This document shows, piece by piece, positions 8,061-14,117 of a stretch of DNA of 14,117 bases. Location: contig CAMAVZ010000041.1 in assembly GCA_945861645.1 (NCBI GenBank), forward strand, positions 1-14,117. The letters are read 5' to 3'. Position numbers and translations under genes: made by a program. This DNA comes from Opitutus sp. GAS368 (lineage in GTDB: Bacteria > Verrucomicrobiota > Verrucomicrobiia > Opitutales > Opitutaceae). Under the pieces are notes generated by a model. It ran no database searches. It saw only the letters and a list, made by a program, of their open reading frames with translations, and had not been told where the DNA came from. Positions within the stretch are counted from its first letter, which is position 1; each line of letters begins with the position of its first letter.

Positions 8061-10640
8061 TCACCGCCACTCGTGGCGGGGATACCGGCGAGACAACTCA
8101 GCTTTCACTTTCGGGTACTGCTCGCGCCAGAAGTTACTCAAATCATCGGTGACTTGGATCGGCCGTTGATTGGGCGCCAGCACCTCGATTTTCACTGCAA
8201 CTCGGCCTTGGCCGAGCGAGAACGTTGCGCTGATTCCATAAAGTTCTTGTATGCGCGCGCTCATCACGGGCGGCCCATCCTTACTATAGCTCAACCGCGC
8301 TTTCCGGCCGTTGGCCATTTCGATCCGCTCCGGCAGATAAACATCTAACACCGCCAACTGCTCAGCCAGCAGCCAATCACGCAACACGGGCATAACCGGT
8401 TTATCTTTTAATTCCCGCGCGCCATAACTGCCGTAGCAGATCTGCTCAATCAGGGTAGCCCGATCAGCCTCGGTAATGGGATTCACCTCGAGTTCAGGCC
8501 ACCATTTGGCGAGGCAATTTACGCGGATGATCCACTGTTCGACGGCTTCATTCCATTCCGTCAGCACAATGCGCCCCGCCGCCACCTCACGGGCGAGCAG
8601 GGCCGCTGCTTCTCCTTCGGGGGGTTCCTGCGCGGTTTGCTTGGAATCCAATACGAGATCGCGGAAGCGCCGCTCCTTGCGCGCTAACACGCGTTTAGCG
8701 GTTTCATCGTAAAGCACGCCGCCTGCAGCTTGAAAATCCGTTGGGAAAATTTCTTTCAACCAAGATTCCTCGACCGCCGTGCAAAGATTTAGCAGCACAT
8801 TAACTTCGCCGCGACTTTCGATTTCGGTGATTTCCGCCGCGACGAGTAAGGTCGCTTGGTCAATGCAGCTCTCCCGCGCCAGCACGCCCCGTCGCTTATG
8901 CACCAACTCGCAACGCAAGGTGCCGCCATCGAGCCGCCGAGCGAGATGATCACTGAAACCGACCAACACGCATTTGCGCACGGCGACCCCATCGATGCGC
9001 TTCTCCGCTACATCGAGGCCTTCCGCTTGGGCGATTTCCAGAAATTGCTGAAACAGCGGCCCAACCTGACGGACCCCCTGCACCTGAATTCCCAGTCGTC
9101 GACAGGCCTCCTGATTGTAACCCGCCTTATCCGCATAGCGCCACGCTCGCATGAGCAAAAAGAAATCCGACTCATGCTCTTCACCAAAAAGTTCCTCCCG
9201 GGCCTCAGCGGTTCGCTTGTCGACATTGCGCAAAAGGAAATTCCTTCCCTGCGTCAGGGCCGCCATCAATGCCACTGACCGCACACAGCCATAATCCTGC
9301 GCCGCTAAAAACATCCGAGCATAACGCGGATGCATTGGGAATCGCAGCATGCGTCGGCCGGTTTCAGTGATACGTCTTACTGGTCTCTGACCGGCCTCTC
9401 CGGATTTTGGCCGGTCAGAGACCGACCCGACCGCACCCAGATCTTCCAGCAAACTTTCCGCTCGCTCCAGCGCTTTTGGCTCCGGTTTTTCCAACCAGGG
9501 AAAATTCGCGATGTCTTCGATCCCCGCCGCTTTAAGCGTCAGCACCACTTCCGCTAAATCCAGTCGCTTCACTTCCGGCAATTCCTGCAAGGGTCGCTGG
9601 GCGTGTTCGCGCTCAGTCCAAAGTCGCACGCAAATCCCCGGCGCCGTTCGACCGGCGCGACCGGCCCGCTGATCGGATGAAGCCACACTAATTTTCTCCA
9701 CGAGGAGCGTATTAATGCCGCGATGCGGATCATAGCGCGCCACTCGGGCTAGGCCGCAGTCGACCACCGCCATTACGCCGTCAATCGTGAGCGAGGTTTC
9801 CGCCACGTTCGTGGAAACGATTATCTTGCGGGTGTCGTACCGCGCCACCGCCCGGTCTTGCTGCTCCGGTGGTAACTCACCGTGCAACGGATAACACAAG
9901 AAACCGCGCAACGCGTGCGAGCCTTGCACATCTTGCACGGTCCGGCTGATTTCAAAAGCTCCCGGCATGAAGACTAAAATATCACCGGTACTATGCGCCG
10001 CGATGCGCTCGCACTCCCGCGTCGCCACCACCCAAACCGGGTCGTGCTCGAAATCGACGGACTTCGGCAAATATTCCACCGCAACGGGAAAGGTGCGGCC
10101 TTGGGACGTGAGGATTTCACACGGCGCGAGGTAAGTTTTTAATAGCGCCGCATCGAGGGTAGCGGACATCACGATGATTTTTAAATCAGGCCGGGTCGTC
10201 TGCTGAATCTGCACCGCCCGCGCCAAACTAATATCACCGTACAGATGCCGCTCATGAAATTCATCGAAAATAATGGTGCTGATGCCTCGCAACGAATGAT
10301 CAAAAGACATCTGCCGAAGCAAAATGCCCTCCGTGACAAACCGAATGCGCGTCGCCTTAGAGATGCGGGAGTCGAGGCGGATTTGATACCCAACGATCTC
10401 CCCCAACTTCGTCCCCACTTCCTCCGCCACACGTTTAGCTAACATGCGCGCCGCGAGTCGGCGGGGTTGGAGCACGACGACCTCGCCGTCACCCAGCACG
10501 CCATGTTTAAGTAGCATCTGCGGAACTTGGGTAGATTTGCCCGACCCCGTCGGCGCCTGCACAATCAACCGCCCCGGCCCTTGCACAGCCGCCAAGAGGC
10601 GGCTCTCGAGTTCATAAATGGGTAATTCGCGGGGAGACAT
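8061..10640 (-). CDS. hrpB: ATP-dependent DEAH-box RNA helicase HrpB
   Basis: APTGSGKST (motif I), QPRRLAAR, DEFHERH (II), MSAT (III), STNVAETSLTI (V), QRAGRAGR (VI), an HA2 region (PMHPRYARM) and the HrpB C-terminus LAPNQRPIQVTDDLSNFW-x3-Y-x-KV-x-ELSRRYPRHEW. 859 aa fits HrpB rather than the longer HrpA. Confidence 0.95.
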   Translation of the reverse strand: MSPRELPIYELESRLLAAVQGPGRLIVQAPTGSGKSTQVPQMLLKHGVLGDGEVVVLQPRRLAARMLAKRVAEEVGTKLGEIVGYQIRLDSRISKATRIRFVTEGILLRQMSFDHSLRGISTIIFDEFHERHLYGDISLARAVQIQQTTRPDLKIIVMSATLDAALLKTYLAPCEILTSQGRTFPVAVEYLPKSVDFEHDPVWVVATRECERIAAHSTGDILVFMPGAFEISRTVQDVQGSHALRGFLCYPLHGELPPEQQDRAVARYDTRKIIVSTNVAETSLTIDGVMAVVDCGLARVARYDPHRGINTLLVEKISVASSDQRAGRAGRTAPGICVRLWTEREHAQRPLQELPEVKRLDLAEVVLTLKAAGIEDIANFPWLEKPEPKALERAESLLEDLGAVGSVSDRPKSGEAGQRPVRRITETGRRMLRFPMHPRYARMFLAAQDYGCVRSVALMAALTQGRNFLLRNVDKRTAEAREELFGEEHESDFFLLMRAWRYADKAGYNQEACRRLGIQVQGVRQVGPLFQQFLEIAQAEGLDVAEKRIDGVAVRKCVLVGFSDHLARRLDGGTLRCELVHKRRGVLARESCIDQATLLVAAEITEIESRGEVNVLLNLCTAVEESWLKEIFPTDFQAAGGVLYDETAKRVLARKERRFRDLVLDSKQTAQEPPEGEAAALLAREVAAGRIVLTEWNEAVEQWIIRVNCLAKWWPELEVNPITEADRATLIEQICYGSYGARELKDKPVMPVLRDWLLAEQLAVLDVYLPERIEMANGRKARLSYSKDGPPVMSARIQELYGISATFSLGQGRVAVKIEVLAPNQRPIQVTDDLSNFWREQYPKVKAELSRRYPRHEWR

Positions 10641-10668
10641 GGAGTCGATATTTTAAAATGAATAGCGA

Positions 10669-10831
10669 GCCCGTTCGATTAACGGACGGGATCAACCTCG
10701 TCGAGCGACAAGCGGGCATATGATAAATCAGTGAAATCACGCTGACGGCGAAGTGAGAAAACCCAGCCCAATGAGCTTAAGTTCAGCGGCCGAAGTTATT
10801 TATGACGACGATTGAGTCTGCCCGTTCGATT
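10669..10831 (+). repeat. Exact 12-bp direct repeat GCCCGTTCGATT in the divergent hrpB/dioxygenase intergenic region
   Basis: Copies at 10669-10680 and 10820-10831, read directly from the sequence. Confidence 0.75.
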
Positions 10832-10883
10832 CATAATCGATAAGTTAGGCTGGAATTATTCCGCCAGACCACTCATGTATGAG
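10769..10883. promoter_or_regulatory. Candidate operator cluster in the divergent promoter region
   Basis: Near-palindrome TGAGCTTAAGTTCA (10772-10785), AAGTTCAG-N4-CGAAGT (10779-10796), TCGATT-N3-AATCGA (10826-10840), GGAAT-T-ATTCC (10852-10862) and CTCAT-N2-ATGAG (10872-10883). Confidence 0.45.
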
Positions 10884-10921
10884 GACTTAATTAGATCTGA
10901 ACTCTTACCCTTGATCAGCCC

Positions 10922-11791
10922 ATGAGCACCCCTTCGACCACGGAACCCGTTTTATTTGATGTCGTTGCTGATATGCATGCGCCCGACCTTTATCAGCCGA
11001 TCGCGATGGCCCACAGCGTGGAACGCTTGACGGATATCGGCCCAGCGGAAATCGCTTTTTATCACGAACACGGCTATCTTGCCGTCCGCCAAGCTTTCAC
11101 CCCGACGGAAATCCAAAATGCGATCGATGGGCTCGTCAGCCTCATCATGGGTCGTCGCCCTGATTTCAAACACGTTTACTTTGAAGGGAAAGCTAAGGAA
11201 ATTTTAGCTACCCTAGGACCCGAACAGCGACAGGATGCCGTGCGGAAATTAGGTCTATTCGTCGATTTTGACGAACGACTCAAAGCGATTTCCCACCACG
11301 CCAAAATGTTGGCCATCGTTCAGCCCCTGTTGCACGGCGCCGAGCCTTCCATGTTTCAAGACATGGCGCTCATCAAACCACCTCGCCTCGGCCGCGAAAA
11401 ACCCTGGCACCAAGATAAGGCCTATTTCGATTACCCCATCGGCACACCGATCGTGGGCGTCTGGATCGCGCTCGATGAAGCCACCGTAGAGAACGGCTGC
11501 ATGCAAATTCTCCCCGGCCGCCATAAAGAGGGCCCCATTCTACATTTTCAGCGCCGCGACTGGCAGATTTGCGACAATACCATTCTGGGTACTAAGTCAG
11601 TGGCCGTACCGCTTAAACCCGGTGGCTTGTTATTTTTCGACGGACTCCTGCCGCACGGCACGCCGCACAATTCGTCTGCTAATCGCCGCCGAGCCCTGCA
11701 GTTCCACTACGCGCCCACGGGCGTCTCGAAGACGGCCGAAGCGGAACGACTCAGTCACTTCGGCGGCGAGGGAAAAAATGTCAGCTGCTAA
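10922..11791 (+). CDS. Phytanoyl-CoA dioxygenase (PhyH) family Fe(II)/2-oxoglutarate-dependent dioxygenase, cytoplasmic
   Basis: FYHEHGYL N-terminal motif, KPWHQD (HxD iron ligands), WIALDEATVENGCMQILPG-x-H, LKPGGLLFFDGLLPHGT-x2-N-x-S-x2-RRA (distal His and 2OG-binding Arg). No signal peptide. Confidence 0.92.
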   Translation: MSTPSTTEPVLFDVVADMHAPDLYQPIAMAHSVERLTDIGPAEIAFYHEHGYLAVRQAFTPTEIQNAIDGLVSLIMGRRPDFKHVYFEGKAKEILATLGPEQRQDAVRKLGLFVDFDERLKAISHHAKMLAIVQPLLHGAEPSMFQDMALIKPPRLGREKPWHQDKAYFDYPIGTPIVGVWIALDEATVENGCMQILPGRHKEGPILHFQRRDWQICDNTILGTKSVAVPLKPGGLLFFDGLLPHGTPHNSSANRRRALQFHYAPTGVSKTAEAERLSHFGGEGKNVSC

Positions 11792-11810
11792 GCCGCGCTT
11801 TTCGGCTTAG
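11788..11810 (+). terminator. Stem-loop overlapping the dioxygenase stop codon (possible terminator or mRNA-stabilising hairpin)
   Basis: CTAAGCCG-CGCTTTT-CGGCTTAG: perfect 8-bp stem with a 7-nt loop, followed by ATTAAT rather than a U-tract. Confidence 0.5.
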
Positions 11811-11870
11811 ATTAATCGAGGGCGCGCGCCATGAAAGGGGCCGTGCCTTATCCCACGAGGGTCGTGTCCC

Positions 11871-11899
11871 TTGACGCTGATGATTATCCCGCCATCAGC
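11871..11899 (+). promoter_or_regulatory. Candidate -35 hexamer overlapped by an inverted repeat upstream of the heparinase II/III-like gene
   Basis: TTGACG (11871-11876) overlaps GCTGATG-N10-CATCAGC (11876-11899). No convincing -10 element at canonical spacing. Confidence 0.3.
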
Positions 11900-11937
11900 C
11901 CCGTAGCACTTCACCCCAGAAAATACTTTATAGCATC

Positions 11938-14117
11938 ATGATCTATTTATTTCCTGCCCCGGCGCAGCGGTGCGCTCCTCTGCTGATCAGCCTCTTGCTC
12001 GCGCTGCTCCCCGCATTGAGCCAAGCCGAAAGTTACCGCGAAAAAACCCAATCCGTTTTTTTCCCTCCGGCTGTAACGCAGATTCTGCGCAGCAACCTAG
12101 CTCAAAATCCCGCCGCCCAAGCGCAGGCTCAAGCCTGCCTCACCGCCGCCCAAGCTTGGCTGCAACAATCTGATGCCGAGCTCTGGTCGGCCATGTTTGG
12201 CGCCACCATCCAACGCTCCTGGCACGTGTGGTCGAATGGCTTTTGCCCGCAGTGCCGGCAAAGCACCCCCATGAATACTTGGAAAATTGATGCGCTCAAT
12301 TTTCCTTGGAAAGTAGCCTGCCCGCATTGTCAGGAAACTTTCCCCAAAAATGATTTCGCCGCATTTTATAAGTCAGGGATCAACGCCCACGGAATTTTTG
12401 ATCCGGCCCGCGCCGACCGTTCGCTCTTGGTCAACGCTGACCACCCCGCCGCCACCGATCCCTTGCACCGGTTTGGGGTCGACGATGGCACCGGCTACAG
12501 TGACGGCACCCATCGCTGGCATTTTATCGGGGCTTACTTGATCTACGGCCAATGGAAACAAGTCATGCTCACGGGTATTCGCACCCTCGCGATGGCTTAC
12601 GTACTCACCGGTGACCCCGCTTACGCCCACAAAGCGGCCATCATGCTTGATCGCGTCGCGGATCTCTATCCGACCTTTGATTTCTTGAAACAGGGTTTAT
12701 CGTACGAGCGGGTCGATCCCGTCGTGGGGGCGGGGATGGTGACTGTCTGGCATGATGCCTGCCGAGAAAGCATGGAACTCGCGCTCGCCTACGATATGAT
12801 TTTCCCCGCCTTGGATCACGATCCAGCCCTGGTCAGCTTTCTCGCGGGCCAGGCTCGCCAGTATCAACTTCCTAGCGCCAAAGACAATATTGCGGCGATT
12901 AAGAATAACATTGAAACAGGAATTTTACGCGAAATTTCCCGGCAGCCGCAGAAAATAATCAGCAATTTCCCCAACACTGATATTACGTTGATCATCAGCC
13001 AAGCCGTTTTGGCCTGGCCTGAAAATCGCGCGCAAATCATTGGCTCACTTCAGAGCATGCTCACACAAGCCACCGCCGTGGATGGTCTCAGCGGTGAAAA
13101 GGGCTTGGCCGCTTACAGCACTTTCGTCCCGCGGACCTTGGCTAATGTACTCGCGCTCTTCGACCGACTGTCCCCGGACCTACTGCCGACCCTCGTTAAA
13201 GCGGTCCCAAACCTGCAGTCCACGCATCGCTTTCATGTCGATACTTGGCTTGGTGAAAAATATTACCCAAAAATTGGCGATGCGGGCGCCTTCGGTGCGC
13301 AGGACCCTAATTACGCTGGCGCAGCGTTCAGTAAAAATTTCTTTGAGCCCGCGCTCGGCGGCATTCCGTTAGTTTCAGATTATACAATATTCTGGCGGCT
13401 CTATGAAATCACCCACGACCCGCTTTATGTGCAACTGCTCTACCGCGCCAACGGCAACACCATCACAAACCTGCCTTATGACTTGGCCCATGCGCCGCCC
13501 GCGCAGTTTCAGCAGAACGTGGCTGCCGCGATCCGCACTCACGGCACGGCCATTAAAACTGAATCCGTTAATAAATCCCAGTGGGGGCTCGGTATTTTAA
13601 GATCAGGCACCGGCGACCACCAGCGAGCGGTTTGGCTGGATTACGATATCGCCGGCAACCACGGCCGCGGCGATGCCCTGAATATCGGGTTATTTGCGCA
13701 CGGCCTAGAAATATTATCGGGCTTTGGTTATCCTCCCGTGCAATTCGGGGGTTGGTATTCCCCTCGAGCTAATTGGTACAAAATGACCGCCGCGCACAAT
13801 ACCGTGGTCGTGGATGCTAAAAATCAATTGGCCAGTTTTGGCGTACCGGAAACCGAAGCCCTTAAAGTTCAATTGAACCCCCGCAAAGGGAGTGTCGTCG
13901 GCGCAACCAGCGCGTGGGCTGCGGGCGAAAAAGTAAAATTAATTCGCGCGGCTGGCCCTGCGTTGGTTCAGACCACCGCGCTGCAACAGTTTGAGCGCTC
14001 ACTGCTGCTGGTCGATCTCTCCGTCCAAGATAGCTATGTGCTAGATATCTTCCGTGTCACCGGCGGCCACGATCACACCAAGTTTCTCCACGTTTATTTT
14101 GGCGCCGCTAGCGCAAC
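11938..14117 (+). CDS. Secreted heparinase II/III-family polysaccharide lyase; 3'-truncated by the window edge, absent from the ORF track
   Basis: Manual translation: ATG at 11938 is the first start after an in-frame TGA at 11881, and the frame stays open for 726 codons to the end. Begins MIYLFPAPAQRCAPLLISLLLALLPALSQA|ES (signal peptide). Has LAMAYVLTGDPAYAHKA (toroid domain), YPKIGD, GLGILRSG, GNHGRGDALNIGLFAHG, GYP, TAAHNTVVVD and YVLDIFRVTGG-x2-H-x3-H, typical of the Hepar_II_III beta-sandwich region. Confidence 0.88.
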   Translation, partial: MIYLFPAPAQRCAPLLISLLLALLPALSQAESYREKTQSVFFPPAVTQILRSNLAQNPAAQAQAQACLTAAQAWLQQSDAELWSAMFGATIQRSWHVWSNGFCPQCRQSTPMNTWKIDALNFPWKVACPHCQETFPKNDFAAFYKSGINAHGIFDPARADRSLLVNADHPAATDPLHRFGVDDGTGYSDGTHRWHFIGAYLIYGQWKQVMLTGIRTLAMAYVLTGDPAYAHKAAIMLDRVADLYPTFDFLKQGLSYERVDPVVGAGMVTVWHDACRESMELALAYDMIFPALDHDPALVSFLAGQARQYQLPSAKDNIAAIKNNIETGILREISRQPQKIISNFPNTDITLIISQAVLAWPENRAQIIGSLQSMLTQATAVDGLSGEKGLAAYSTFVPRTLANVLALFDRLSPDLLPTLVKAVPNLQSTHRFHVDTWLGEKYYPKIGDAGAFGAQDPNYAGAAFSKNFFEPALGGIPLVSDYTIFWRLYEITHDPLYVQLLYRANGNTITNLPYDLAHAPPAQFQQNVAAAIRTHGTAIKTESVNKSQWGLGILRSGTGDHQRAVWLDYDIAGNHGRGDALNIGLFAHGLEILSGFGYPPVQFGGWYSPRANWYKMTAAHNTVVVDAKNQLASFGVPETEALKVQLNPRKGSVVGATSAWAAGEKVKLIRAAGPALVQTTALQQFERSLLLVDLSVQDSYVLDIFRVTGGHDHTKFLHVYFGAASA

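Noticed and set aside
8061..10640. Helicase as part of an anti-phage or Cas3-like system
   Set aside because: It has the ordinary HrpB domain layout and C-terminus, with no nuclease domain, cas genes or defence-type neighbours.
12244..12330. c-type cytochrome heme-binding sites in the last ORF
   Set aside because: The motifs are CPQCR and CPHCQ; neither has the His required by CxxCH.
11970..13772. Scattered short track ORFs suggesting a pseudogene or non-coding region
   Set aside because: Artefact of the track omitting ORFs without a stop codon; one uninterrupted + frame runs from 11938 to the window end.

Overview
GC-rich bacterial DNA. The gene content and the C-rich start contexts without a Shine-Dalgarno sequence suggest a Verrucomicrobiota/PVC-type organism (inference). 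Most of the window is a degradation locus for acidic, probably sulfated polysaccharide. On the + strand: the 3' end of an S1 sulfatase, a complete secreted iduronate-2-sulfatase-like sulfatase, an alginate-lyase-fold (PL38-like) lyase, a translationally coupled GH88 unsaturated glucuronyl hydrolase, and a 1008-aa GH2. The hrpB helicase gene follows on the - strand. Divergent from it are a PhyH-family Fe(II)/2OG dioxygenase and a >726-aa secreted heparinase II/III-family lyase that runs off the window end and is absent from the supplied ORF track. The most unusual points are: (i) the GH2 has Gln at the usual acid/base Glu position; (ii) the heparinase II/III-like protein seems to lack two of three canonical metal ligands but carries an N-terminal CxxC-x21-CxxC motif; (iii) the two large intergenic regions share several exact DNA motifs, suggesting a common regulator. 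I saw no RNA genes, mobile elements or CRISPR arrays. All family calls come from motif recognition, not database searches.
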